The position numbers and the translations under genes are program-made. Of a DNA stretch of 64,000 bases, positions 36,611 to 49,913 are shown in pieces (the first letter of the stretch is position 1; every line of letters starts with the position of its first letter). The stretch is taken from the NCBI GenBank assembly GCA_965645245.1, contig OZ287086.1, positions 682,001 through 746,000 on the forward strand, read 5' to 3'. Under the pieces are notes generated by a model. That model worked only from the letters and a program-made list of their open reading frames with translations, had not been told where the DNA came from and did not search any database. Source of the stretch: Massalongia carnosa (Eukaryota).

Positions 36611-37179
36611 TGTTAGACTTGACCCCTTATGTCAGGGCATAGAAGGAATAAGGGCTAAGCTAACGAAGCGGGGCTTAGTTCTCCGGCTAGGCTTAGTCAT
36701 ATGGAAAGCAGTTGGTCTGCGTTACGCGGCTGGTTTCTACTGCCGAGAGTATAGTACAAGCGATCGAGATATACGAGGATGCTCGTACGATTAGTGAGCG
36801 GATGGTACGATACAGTCAGCACAGTATCCACGATACAGTCAGCACAGTGTCTACGATACAGTCAGCACAGTATCCACGATGCAGTCAGCAGAGTGTTTAG
36901 CCGGCTTATCCGGTAGGAGTAATGGGCGGTCAAGATAGTTACAGAATCAAGGGCCCAGAGGGTCAAGGGCTTCGGTCCGGGTGTATAAGGAGGCTGCTCG
37001 AGGGAGATGCAATCTTCAAAGATTAGTCTTCCGCTTTACCTACATACTTCTTTTAGTATATTAGTATAGCAAATCATTAGTATCTTCACATTGTCATATA
37101 TCCCTAGGCCTGGTGTCTGATAATCGCCAGGTCTGACTCTTACACCTTACATTTTGATCAGTCTTATATCCTAGTAACA
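36611..37179 (+). repeat. Probable LTR with an internal ~23-bp tandem repeat
   Basis: TGTTA...TAACA termini; ACGATACAGTCAGCACAGTATCC-like unit about three times at 36807-36890; no clean TSD. Confidence 0.6.
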
Positions 37180-39835
37180 ACCCGACGATACTATGGCACC
37201 CCGACGTGCGACTTCAGCTATGGTCAGAGGTAATTCCTCTGGAAACAACGAGTCGGGCACAGTGGAAAACACGCCCGACTCCGGGACGACAAACCCGCCT
37301 CTCTCCTCCATAGACGATATGCAACGTGAATTAGACGAGATAAACGCCTAAAGACAACGCGCCCAGCTGGCTACTAGTCTATTAAATGCCAGAGCTGACA
37401 GAGACGCCGGATTCCCCGACGACGTTGACTATTCGTCCGAAGGAAATCGACCCATTGAGTCTTGAAAAATCGTTCAAGACTGCTGAACCGAAGACCTATA
37501 TAAGAACTAATCAGAAGGACTACGAACAATTCGTCAGAGAATATCTTCGTACCTTCAATCAAAAACCCATCACCTGTGAAAAGAAATCAACAAAGGTCTT
37601 GTATAGGGAGAATTATATTGGAGGAACTCCAGCAGATGACTGGCATAGAGAGAATCCCACACTTGATGAATCTTCTCTTACCTGGAAATATTTTGTTGAC
37701 TTTCTCCAAGAAAAGCTAAAACCAAAACATCTTCGTCTATTGGATCTCGGAGGACAATTGAAGAAATTAAAACAACGACCGGGACAAACAGTGTCGGAAT
37801 TAGTTTCTTATCTCGACATACTAGATGATAAACTTCCAGAAATACCTTCCGAATCACAAAGATATAGTAATTTTCTACATTCTCTTCATGATTATCTACA
37901 GAGAGCTATTATTCAAGCTAATTCTCAGGGCACAACACGACTTGCATTAATTTAAGCGGCCCGAGTAGCAGAAAGAGTGGAACCTAAACCTGATTTCGAT
38001 CGGAACGCCACTCGTCCCCATCATCGATCTATGAACGAAGAAAGGCCGCAGATGGCCCCGAGTCACCAACGAACCGTGACCTACAACAAGGCCTCGAGTT
38101 TAAAGACGAGCGAAAATTCCGAGGCTAGTTCCGCTCAAGTAGCCGTCACCTACCCGAGTCGTAAACGACCCCGAGAAGACACCACCGACTCTCCAAAAAT
38201 CACTTGTTGGAATTATGGTAAGAAGGTTCATTAAAAATCTGACCGTCGAGCCCCAACAAGGAAGACGGGAAAAGCCTAGAGTTAATCGATGTTGCCTCGA
38301 TTCTGTTTGCTCGTCAAAAGAGAAGTGAAAAAATAAATCACTTGTTTACTATGCTAACTTTATATCTAGGACAAGTCATACTACGAATTCGGGCCATGAT
38401 TGACAGCGGTTCGACATGAAATTTCGTGTTACAACTCAAGGTCAAAGAACTCGGCATCCGATTCACCCCCGACTCGCCACCGCCGTCCGATTTAAAGACT
38501 CTGGATGAAATAGCTCTACGTACCTATCGAAATTACTCCCTACTAGTTGGTATTATTGATAGTAGGGGTATGAGGATCGAACGGAATATAAGTTCGTGAG
38601 TGCTGACATGTTCGGATTGGATATAATACTAGGCCTACCCTGGTTAAATCGGGTGGACCCGGTTATCCGCTAGCATGAGCGCAAATTGTTCCATGTTCGT
38701 CGGACCAAAAGTGGCGACGATGGGGCTTGTCTGCAAGAGATTTTACATCTCGAGACTGAAAGGCCTATAGAAGTGGGGGTTACCCCCCCCCCCGAAGTAA
38801 AATACCAGTAGTCAAGCGGACGTAGCGAGGGTAAGCGGGGACGAAATTTAGGATATTTGTAAAAAAGATAGAGTTCAGGCATTGAAGAAGGGTAGTCGTG
38901 CGTGCTAATGGAAGGTGGTGGTACGTGATGATAGATGGCGAACTGAGTAGTGAACACAAAAACACACACACGCAAACGTCTGAATAGACCTACGACTGCA
39001 TAGACATGAAAAGAACTCGACTACTGAACGACTGAACGACTAGTTGATGCACGAAATGAACGTTTGTCGATGACTACGTGACACGACGATGATGATGACA
39101 GCGTAGGTGATAGAAGATGATGTCCGGAGATGATGAAGAAAACGCCAGCAAAAAACCCGTTTTATCCCCATACAGGCTTGCCATGTCACCTGACCATAGA
39201 TGACACATGTCGCCCCACCACAGCATTCCTTTTAGATACCGAGAAGCTCGATCGGGCAGGAACCGTAGTCGGTTCGGTGACTGAGGTTACAAATGAAATC
39301 CCTTCAAAATATTCAGATTTCCACGACGTCTTTTCGAAAGATAATACATAGAAGTTGCCTTAACATGGTCCTCAGGATCATGTTATCGATACGGAAGGAA
39401 AACAGCCTCTATTCGGCCCAATATACAATTTATCCTTGACCGAGTTACAAATATTACGGGAGTACCTCGACGAATATTTGGTCAAAGGATTATAGTTCCG
39501 AGCACTTCATCGGCCTCTGCTCCTATTTTATTCGTCAAGAAAAAAGGATGGGGGTCTGAGACTATGTGTTGATTAACGGGAACTGAACGCTATTACCATC
39601 AAAAATCGATATCCTTTACTCTTGATCATAAACCTATTAAATGTTCTTGTTGGCGCCGTCTACTTCACGAAACTCGATATCCGGGATGCATATCATAAAA
39701 TCCGGGTACGGGCCGGTGACGAATGGAAAACGGCTTTTCGATGCAGGTACGGTTAATTTAAATACCGGGTTATGCTATTCGGACTAGTCTACTCCCCTGC
39801 GTCATTCCAGGCCTACATAAACGAAGCCCTACGGG

Positions 39836-40006
39836 TGAAACGGTTCGACTAAGTGTGGTACGGACGGCAGGACCTATAGCGAACATAGCGGGAGTCCCAG
39901 TTATCGTAGAATAGAGCTTGGTCTGTGGACTAAGTATTGTGCCTTTTGGTCGGGAAAGACAGGTGGCGCAAAGGTAGAAATCTATTCACTATCTCGCTTC
40001 GTCACA
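39836..40006 (+). mobile_element. 171-bp solo mini-LTR
   Basis: TG...CA ends; TSD ACGGG. Confidence 0.88.
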
Positions 40007-40410
40007 ACGGGAATGCTTAGACGACTTTGTAGTAGTGTACTTGGACGACATTTTGATACTCTCTAAATCGATGAAAGATCATACATTTCATGTCCGACTA
40101 GTCCTGGAGAAATTACGGAAATTCAGTCTACAAGTAAAATTATCCAAGTGCCTCTTTGACCAGACTGAAATTGAATTTCTGGGATTTATTGTAAATCGGA
40201 ATGGTACATCTATAGAATCGTCTCTGGTGGCGACGATTATAAATTGGCCTGAACCCAAAAATTATCGAGATGTTCAAGTACTTCTCGGGTTTGCAGATTT
40301 CTATGGGCGATTTGTCAACGAATTCTCGCGCATTGTAGCCGACTTAACGACGCTACTAAAAGGGGGAAAGAAAGGAAAGTTCGATATTAAATTCTCATTT
40401 ACCGAAGAAG

Positions 40411-40581
40411 TGTGACGAAGCGAGATAGTGAATAGATTTCTACTATTGCGCCACCTGTCCTTCCCGACCAAAAGGCACAATACTTAGTCCGCAGACCAAG
40501 CTCTATTCTACTATAACTGGGTCTCCTGCTATGTTTGCTGTAGGTCCTGCCGTCCGCACCACGCTTGGTCGAACCGTTACA
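40411..40581 (-). mobile_element. 171-bp solo mini-LTR, inverted copy of the same family
   Basis: TG...CA ends; TSD AGAAG; reverse complement of 39836-40006. Confidence 0.88.
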
Positions 40582-41344
40582 AGAAGCAAGAGAATTATTT
40601 CGTCGTCTCAAGCATGCTTTTACCACCGCTCCTATATTATTGCATTTTGACCCTAAGCGGGAGGAGTCCCAGTTATAGTAGAATAGAGCTTGATCTGGGC
40701 GACATCAAAGTCTTTTAAAAGATTGCAGCACACCTTTCGAAACACAAGTACCGCAACTTTTGATACTCTATAACTTTAATAGTCAATTGAGCGTCTATTT
40801 CTCAGTCATTTGAGCTCCTCCAGAGCAAAAACACTCTTAGATTAAGTGTAGGAGAGCTCTAGTAAAGCTCCAGTAGAGTTTTCCTGCTGGTCGGACGCGA
40901 CCGACGTGATAAAGCGCGCTCTAGAAGTTGGAAAAAACAACAAATACCAACAAAATCACCAAAAACCGCTCTTTATTCTTGTTTTCTTCTTTTCTGTTGT
41001 CGCAGGACTTTCAATTATTACTATAAGAATTATCTACAAAAAATATCTACTCTCGCGGTACTGTACAACAACTGTTGCGACGTCAAAGTCTTCTAAAGTT
41101 CATTCCTCATTTAAGGTTACGGGAACTTCCGCAAGCACAAATTTTCACAGCATATTTCACGTATAATTTTTGCACATTCCATTTTTGGCTTTATCGATCT
41201 TCTTTGAACGGCCGGTCAACAGATCACTGAAAAGAAGGGGAAAAACGTCTGGAATAGAACCTTCAATCCCACAATCGGACAGTCTCATCCCGGGGGAGCC
41301 TAGCGCGCCTATCGCGATGATTCATCCATTCGGGACCCCACCGC

Positions 41345-41506
41345 TAGGGCTCCGAAAATTTCGCTCTTTTGACAAGATGACACGAAAAATTCATCACGTG
41401 CTGACATGAACCCTGAATTTTTGGAAATTAATTACCTAAGCACACATAACTTATACGACAATTAGTAGAATATCGGAATACCTCGATTTACTAGGTAATT
41501 GCACTT
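41345..41506 (+). mobile_element. 5' end of the hAT transposon, separated from its body by an inversion
   Basis: TIR TAGGGCTCCGA preceded by the 8-bp TSD CCCACCGC. Confidence 0.85.
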
Positions 41507-43793
41507 GATTGATGATTGATTTTTCTTACGCCGATATGACACCAGCTGAAGCTGGCCCATGCGGGAGATACTACATAGGCTATATAAAGGCAGAAAACCC
41601 GAACGGGTAAAAAACTGCTCCTGCGTACCAGGTTTGTAGAGGACTCGCTCTTTCCCCGGGTTGATCTCTACGGTTTGGGAAACCCGCTATACCCGTTATG
41701 CGCCTGAGTAAGTGCAAGAATAAAAGAGAAGAAAAGAAAATAAGTAGAAGAAAAAACCAATTCTCCTCTCATTATTGCTCCGTCATTTGCGCGGCAATGG
41801 TGTACTGTGTTAGTATGCCCGTACGCATAAGCCATGCAGTGATTATTTTGATCGCTTTGGGGTCTGTTATCAGTTTTTGATAATCCAGCGAGCCAGCTGC
41901 ACGCAACATATCGATTCTATTATGCAATCCGCAGAACATTATCACATGTTTCGCCGTTTGAAAGCGGCTTCCGCACAGGCAGGCCGCGGACTCAATGTCT
42001 GGCACCTTGCGTTTGAATAGAAAACTCGCTAACCCGATTTTCTCTGTTCTAATTTGAATTGCGAGGGAGCTTTGCGCCTTATTCAGCAGCTTGTGCGTGT
42101 TCAACCTGTTTTTGTGCAATGGACCCGACTGTGCTATTGTTGGATCAAGCGTATGTATTGATTGATACGCTATCCATTTGTCCTTCCATTTTTCTTTAAA
42201 TCGTTTCGCTATGATTCCGTCTCTTTCTCTTTGAAGTGCGGCATATTCTGCTCGTTTTTCCTCTTGTGCATTCTCCGCTTTTTCCCATGGTGGTGTGCGT
42301 TTGGGCTTTCTCTTTGTTGATACTTCAGCTGTCAGCTTGGCCACCCATCTCTGTCTACGAGCTCCCGGTGTTTCTCCAATAATCCGTTGTCGCCCTCTTT
42401 TCCCTTTCAATCTCGTTCTGATTTTCTCGCATGCCTGTTCTATGACTTTTGCCTGACCGTTGTGTTGTAGCCTCGATCTACCTTTGGCCTGCAGATGATC
42501 CAAATGTTGCGTCAATGGACAGATGAATGTTTCCGCCTGTAACACCTCGATGGGTGTGGCCCTGTACGCTCCGGCTACTACTCGTAAACATTTGTTTTGT
42601 ACGATCTCGAGTTTGCTTTTCCTCGTGACTTTGACGTGCTTTTGTGTTTCCTCCGGCGTGTGCCATACCAGAGAACCATGGGTCATTGCCGGGCGTACCA
42701 CCGCCGTGTACACGTGACGGGCTTGTAGGAGGGTCGCACCCCAAGTGGCTGCGGCGATTCTAGTCAGCGCTCTCGTTTGTCTCGTCATTTTCTTCTGTAT
42801 CTCTTTGTAGTGCGCCGACCAATTGAGCCTCGTGTCTATGTACACCCCCAGCACTCGTACAGATTTCGTGACGTTGAGTAGTTTGCCGTTTACTGTGAAG
42901 GAAGCTTCGAGATTGAATTTCTTGGGATTTTTTGCTAGATGTATGAGCTCGTATTTATGCGGCGCGAACACGGAGCCGTGGCGTTTCGCCCATCGTTCGC
43001 AATTCTCGTGTATTTCTTTCAATGTTTTGCAATTTTCTTCCGTGGATTTGCCATATGTCAGGATGTTCACGTCGTCTACGAATCCTATGCCTGCCGCGTT
43101 TGTGCTGGGTCTATTGCAAATGTCTAAGAGGTCCGCATTGTAAAAGAGATATAGAATGGGAGATAGAGGAGATCCCTGAGGGATTCCTATGCTCAGCGGA
43201 AATGCGTTAGTGGTGCGTTGATTAATCGTGAGCGTGGTTTCTCTTTCTTTCAAGAAACTATCCGTCCATTTGGCTATCCACTCTGGGATCTTTCGTTTTC
43301 TCATGTCGTGAATGAGCCTACGATGAGAGACGGTGTCAAAGGCTCCCGATACGTCTATGCTCAATAGAGATGCCACTTTATCGTTACCCTGATTCCATAC
43401 GGTGTGCACTTGTTCAGTGAGCAGCTCCAGTGCTGTTTCCGTTCCGCGGCCCGGCCTTGCACCCATTTGAGTATCCGGGATCAGTTTAAATTCTTCCGTC
43501 AGATGGCTAATTTTCCTTGCTATAATGGATTCCAATGCTTTGCCCAACGTGTTCAACAACGCTATGGGTCTCCATGCCTTGGGATCCGTATAGTTTCCTT
43601 TTCCTGGCTTCTTTAGCGTGATAGTGTTGGCGATTTTAAAGACTTTCGGATGATATCCTTCATTCACACATGCTTGAAAAAGTGGTGTCAGCAATTTGAT
43701 TAGGTTTTCTGAACAGGCTTTGAGAATTCTATTTGTGATTCCATCCGGTCCTGGGGCTTTGTCTGGCTTTGGCTTTCGCAGCGCCGCCGCCAC
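41507..43793 (-). mobile_element. 5'-truncated young Tad-like LINE (RT ORF 41772-43793)
   Basis: Almost identical to 52872-55161; (AATC)n tail. Confidence 0.95.
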
Positions 43794-44556
43794 TTGCTGT
43801 CATGATTGTTGTCGCTATTATTGTCATTAGAGTCATTATCATTCTCTTTATCAACTTCATCTTCGTTGTGACCAGATTGAGAGACAGAAGACTGAATAGC
43901 ATTGCTACCTGAATGGCTGGAGTGGTTCGATATTGCACAGGTATGAGGGATCATTTTAGTGAGTTTCCCTGAGATCTAATGTCAGTTTTTCTTTGTCTTA
44001 GCTCTTATACATTTAATTATTACATCTCCCAGTTTTATTGGACAAGCTCGCTCTGATTCGAAAGTCACAATGATCGCACTTAACTAGATATCGATTCTTC
44101 TCGGCCTCCTCAACACGCTATGACTCGCCCTTGCTTGCGAGCCAATTAGTGATCGCCTGCCTTGTCTTATATTTATCGTCCCACTCTTGGCCGATATAAA
44201 GTGACATTGTTGATGATTCGGCTGAAGGATGATTCGGCCAAAGCGAGATTGAACGAGACATAAGTATGCAGAAAAGATGGACGAAGATATGCACATATAA
44301 GTCCAGAGTTAATGCTAGATAGCCCGAGTGCCACGTAGTTCAAATGCCTTGTTTAAGCATTCTATGGAATTTTAATGGCTTATAGCACTGAAAGCAGAAA
44401 GTTATAGAGCTGTAATTGGTAGGTTCAGTCACTCTACCAATGATTGACCTCCCGATATCGCACGATCATCAGGCTACAGATATCTACTCGCTCTTTTTTA
44501 TCGCCGTAATCGTGTCTTCTTTCGTGGAGTGGCAAGGCTTTTATCGGATAGCTGAT

Positions 44557-45043
44557 TGAAACGGGGAGACCTTCTCCCAGCAGGTATTCACTACTGGAAG
44601 ATGGGATCCACAGGGGCTACACAACGTGATAGTCACAATAGAGGTACAAAATAGGTAGGGTCGGGGGTCAAAGGGTAGACTAAATGCTACCCTTTTAAAG
44701 TGCTTGATCATTGATCTATATAGGATAGGACAATCCATAACCTAAGCTCTTCTTCCATACCTTGCCCATACTACCTGGTATTTTCGGACTCCGAAATACT
44801 TCGGATACCGAAAGACACGGGTAGATAAGACTAGGCAGGTGAGCTAGGGGAGGTGAGGCGAGGCGAGGGGAAACTTCGTGTACAACGACAACACCTCCAT
44901 AATAAGTTAAGTCCCCACACTATGCCTAACTGGGTTAGGCGGGACCTTATTGTCTTGGTGGTTATTTTGGCTGTACATATCCCACATAGCCACATAGGCC
45001 AGTCTTACGTTCAACGAACGCATACTTGGCCTACCCTATTACA
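44557..45043 (-). mobile_element. Solo LTR of the Gypsy family at 1-4685
   Basis: Matches 4203-4685; perfect TSD CTGAT. Confidence 0.95.
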
Positions 45044-45299
45044 CTGATGTTCAACGGACTTTTCCTCGTGATTGCCATTTAATCGTGCGGTCGTAATATT
45101 ACTTTAAGACCGATTTTGAAATCTAACCCCCAAATGACCACCAAATGACCCCCCGTGCCCCTTCAAATTAATTACAGTTCTTGGGGGTCATCGTGACAGC
45201 GCCAGAAGCAAAATTACGTGTATGTTACGGTAATTGACCCCCAAATACTCCCCATATTCCCTGGGGGTTATTTGGGGGTCATCTCAGAAATTTGTCGAA

Positions 45300-46145
45300 A
45301 AATCTAACTCCCATAATGCTCTGTACAAACTCACCAGACATCAAGCATCAAGAGTCACGGATTACGCATTGAAGCATCTTGGTGATGAGGCAAAAGAGGC
45401 TGGAAAGCATACAGCTGTCACATCTTCTCGTGAAGTGCTCATGATTTAAGCATTCAACGGAGCCTCTCATATAGTCAATCTTGCAGAACGTACCTGCACG
45501 TGTTTGGAATTTCAGGACAAGAAGTTACCTTGTCGTCATGCAATTCTAGGTCAGGAGTATAATCTGGAGTCAGAGGTGCATCTTGGTGATATATATAGGA
45601 TGGAAACGTATCGTGGCACGTACGGGACGTTTATGCCTCCTATTTGCATAGAAGATCTTCATTGTTCCTCCGATTTTCCAGCTCCTCTGATTCGTCGAAA
45701 ATCTGGTCGTAACATAAAGAAGAGGCGGGAGAAAAAGAAGAAAAATCTTTGCATGAAACGCTATTCTTTCTGCAGAAGTACGGATCACAATCGACGCAGA
45801 TGTGATCAGGAAATTCCGCCTCAAGGGAGATGCCGAGACAATGATAACAACGAGGATTTGGATAACAGCTCCACAGCGAATAGCACCATAGATAATGACA
45901 CGGAGAGTAGTTTCGCTGGCTTTTCTGATTATCATGTCAATCTAGAAAGCCCTGGGCATTCTGATTCTTCTAGTTTTTCGGGTGAGGATACGACGATTTT
46001 TGCTTCCAATGTAAATGATCAAGCGGAGGAGTTTAGGCATTGGAATATGGATATGAATTGGAATGGAAGGGGTGGAGGTAGGAGTGGTAATGGGAATGAT
46101 AAAGGGAATGAGAATGGGAATAAGAATGGAGGATTAGAAATATAA
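45300..46145 (+). pseudogene. MULE/Mutator transposase C-terminal remnant
   Basis: SWIM finger VNLAERTCTCLEFQDKKLPCRHA, then YRGTY...P, GRNIKKRR and a degenerate knuckle FCRSTDHNRRRC. Confidence 0.75.
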
Positions 46146-47511
46146 GTGCTAATGAGAAAGAATGGATGAAGATGTGGGTGTTGATAAAAATACGATTGTA
46201 CAAGAGCATTTCTTTGTCAGAAGGAAGGTCAACTCCAACATCTATTTTATCTGAAAAATTATCAACTCATTGAATGCAGCTTTAGAAGAGGATTTGCCGT
46301 TTGAAGATGACGCCAGCGAGGATGATCGTGAATTGAAGGCTCAGTAGGCTGTTTCTAAGGATCCTGATGTTGCCTAATTAACCCACTACATTGAGGAAAG
46401 TGGGGGCTTCAGTGGTATGTTTTCTGCTCAGTTGGCAAAGCATTTGAAGCATAAAGAGAGATATCCAGAAGATGCAGCCAACGAGATGCGAAAGAAAAGA
46501 AGTTGTCTTGCTCTCGACACCGGCAATGGTCCTCGTCTTACCAGAGAGCAATACTTTGATACCACTAAGGAGTATGATATACCTGAGCCTCCCGATTATC
46601 CTCAGGTTCATCAAATGCTGTTATCAATGACTCGATCGAGGCTTCGTCTGAGTCACTGACGAGGACCAGAAGGGTCAGAAAACTAACGGGAAAGGGTCGG
46701 GTGTGGGCAAATGAGGAGGGACCGACAGCTAGAGCGTTGAAGAGAGCAAGGACGGAGTCTCCGCCTGCGTCTCCAGTGAAGAGGAGAGGAAGATATAGAA
46801 AGAAGATACAGAAGATAGTTAAGGTGACCCGGAAAGATAAAGGGTTGGAGAGAATAGAGATGATGTACAGAGTATTGATATTGAATCATTCCTGTTGTAA
46901 TAGATGATTCGTCAGCATTTTTCATGTATAATACTGCAATTCTGAATATGAAAACGTCGCAGTTGATTGACCAGATGTATGCATTGACTGATGAGGTTAT
47001 TCAGTATCGAAAGAAAATGGGGGTTATAGGAGTAAGAAAATAGGGGTATGCGAGTAAGAAAAGTTTTGGGGGGAGTAATTTGCTGCTGCAAGTAATTTTT
47101 GGCTCGTTTTAAACGAGCTTCGTAGAAAATTCGTTGAGACTGTCAGTTTTTTCGTTGAGACTCAGTTTTCGTTGTGAAGTCGTCCGTGCTCGTAAATTGC
47201 GGGCGCTACAGGCAAATGTGAAGTCAGCTTCAAGATCAAAAGTTGACAGTCTCAAAAAAAAACCTCCGGTCCCTTTAGCGGGAAAAATCGTGACTTCACT
47301 TGAGAGGGAAAATACGGGGACTACGAACTCGTTTTCAACGACAATCATGCGCTTCCGGCTCGATTTTCACGAACAGAAAGTTATCATCATCTCGCCCATG
47401 CCAAGCAAAATTTCGGTCGCTTGTGTCAGGGCGCGCTTCCCACGAGGACGTGGTAAAGCATTGCGGGAAAGATCATTACGAAAGAAATCGTGGTGGGGGG
47501 TTCGCGGTGGG

Positions 47512-49783
47512 TAGGGCTCCGATTTGAAAAGAACTGAAAGTTTGCCTAACCCGATCGGGCGAAACTTTCACTGTCATCTTCATGAGTGAAACTTTCATGG
47601 ATTATTTACAGGGGGGGAGGGGGTGGGTAGGGAGGTGCGGAAAGGGGGAAAAGCGGGGAAAAGTCAGCAAATAGTAAACTTAAAAAGTACGTAATTTTGC
47701 CGGTCATCGTCATACAATTAATTGTATGTATTTCTACTTATTCAACCCATAATCTCGCTGAATCACCTCCTATTTCTTGACTGGCCGGACGTTTCGATGA
47801 CGTCAAGGACTCCTGAATGACAATTTCATCCTGCAGTAATCTGTCTTCCATTTCACATAGATCGCTTTCGTCAATGTCGATGCCAGCAAATTGTAACTTC
47901 TTTTTGATATCCCCAGGTCGGTTGAGGGTACGCTCATTCATGTAGATAAACATGAGTTTATCTACGCTTATCGAGCTCATGGAATTGCGCGTTTTATTCA
48001 TGATCAGATTTATTACCGACCAGCTTCTTTCGGCCAATACCGAACTACCAGGAAGTTTCACCACCTTTCTGGCTAAGCTGCTAAGGGTTGATGCAAAATT
48101 TCTGCTGAATGTCCAAAACAGCTCCGGATCCATTTGATACGTCTAGGATTCGGAGCTTGTATGAAAGCCATCTTCTTGATCGCGAAATGCGAGCTATTTC
48201 TTCATGGCAGTAGCTGCCTCTGCACTAGTCAGATGTTGATTGAAACATCTATGCATTAGCGGAGCAAATGTCGGCTCCGTAGATACGCTAATCACCTTTA
48301 TAGCATGATTCTGAGGAAGCAAAAGAGCTGCTACCACATGAAGCTCAGTAACCTGACTGAGATATCTGTCTTCCCCAAATCAACTGAGCAATGTGATTCA
48401 AATCCGTCTCGTCGTCTTCATTGGCAGCAATTGATTATAGATGAGATCAAATCTTATTCAAGGTGTTGGCTATGGTATAAAGTTTATGCTCTTCGGCCTC
48501 GCACATGTATTGAAACTGATGTATGGGATCCATCACTTTCTTGACAATGAACAGCTTTTTCCAAAAAGAAAAGTCATTGACGAAGCATCTCAAAGAATTC
48601 TTTCTTCCCTGATCAATGCCGGGATTCTTTTGTTGAAAATAATCCAATAAGGCCTGCTGATTTCTGAGGACTGAGTTTAATAAGCCTATCGTCGTTCCCT
48701 ATCTGGTAAGAACGTTAAGAATCAATGAACGGCGTTGTTGATAGGCCTAGAAGTTTGATCATCAGAAAGGTTAGTAATCAGAAAGTTTTATAATTCAAGA
48801 ATTTGGCATACCTTCATTTGATAACCCCTTAAAATAGACATTTCCTTATTCGACCCCCGAAAGCTAGTTACTATCAAATGTGCCTTTTCTAGAACCTCCG
48901 AAAAGAATAGAAATTTCAGTATGTCTCCCATTAGCAATTGCAGACCATAACTGTCGCAGGGAACGAAAAACACGTGTTTCATCTCTGGAAATTTTGCTAT
49001 CTCCATCCACATAGCCTTCATGGTTGCACACGTATCAGTGGCAATGCAATTGATTCTCCAAAACTGATCGTTGGTTGCTTCCTTACAACCTTTTATTACC
49101 CATTGAGCTTGAACGACAGTACTCATCTTCTCGGCAACACCAGCATCAGCTTTCAATTGAAATCCTCCTCCATTGGAGGTGGCGGACGGGGGAACATGAC
49201 AACAGAGATTTATAACACGTTCTTTTCGAATGTTGGCTGTCTCGTCAGTGAAGAAGTTCAGGTAATAAGAAGCATTCAATTCCTTGATAACTTTCGATTT
49301 AACGATGCTATAGATTTCGTCCAACAGCTTGCCAGCAACAAGGCTAGAATGAGGAGGTTTATAGCCTGAATTAAGTTCCTGATGATGAGCAATAACGTAC
49401 GGATTTTCGAAGTGGTTAAATGGCAGATTTGTCATATAGACAGACATCGCAGCTGCTCGATGTGCTGATGCAATTTGGGCTTGATTAAGGGGACGAATCA
49501 ACGTAATGATGGGCAGTTGAATAGAGGTATTACTGAGAATACCTTTCTGTTTTCTAGCTTTCTCTTTTTGATAGGCATCACATTGATTTAGATGCTGTTG
49601 TCCCCTAGCAGCATTTCTGGTTGATTGATGACCGCAATGAATGCATTGATGTTGAGAATTTTTTAAGCCCTCAGTAATGATATCCTTGAAATTCTTATCT
49701 ACCAGGTGATTTTTCTGACGTCCATCTCGGTGAGACATAATAGATAATAATAGAAAGATTCTTGATTATAAGTGCAATTACCT
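47512..49783 (-). mobile_element. hAT transposon body with a degenerate transposase (47738-49738)
   Basis: BED finger CIHC...HLNQC, DETAN, ATDTCATM, PCDSY, TR*GT and dimerisation motif SSVLAERSWS; TIR TAGGGCTCCGA at 47512 next to GCGGTGGG. Confidence 0.9.
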
Positions 49784-49913
49784 GATCTTTAATTAAAACA
49801 CGAGAACGGTAATCGTCAGAATAAGGGTTTATTGAAGGATATATATTAAATCAGCGAGCTTCTCAAGACCCGTCGGAGACTCGTACGAAGGCCGACGCTG
49901 GTGATTCTAAAGA

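Larger units (their letters stand above)
37193..40656 (+). mobile_element. Degenerate Ty3/Gypsy internal region (gag, protease, RT, start of RNase H)
   Basis: Gag (LKQRPGQTVSEL, ITCWNYGKKVH); protease AMIDSGS near 38395; RT (LRLCVD, NRYPL, EWKTAF, VYLDDILI); many stops. Confidence 0.88.
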
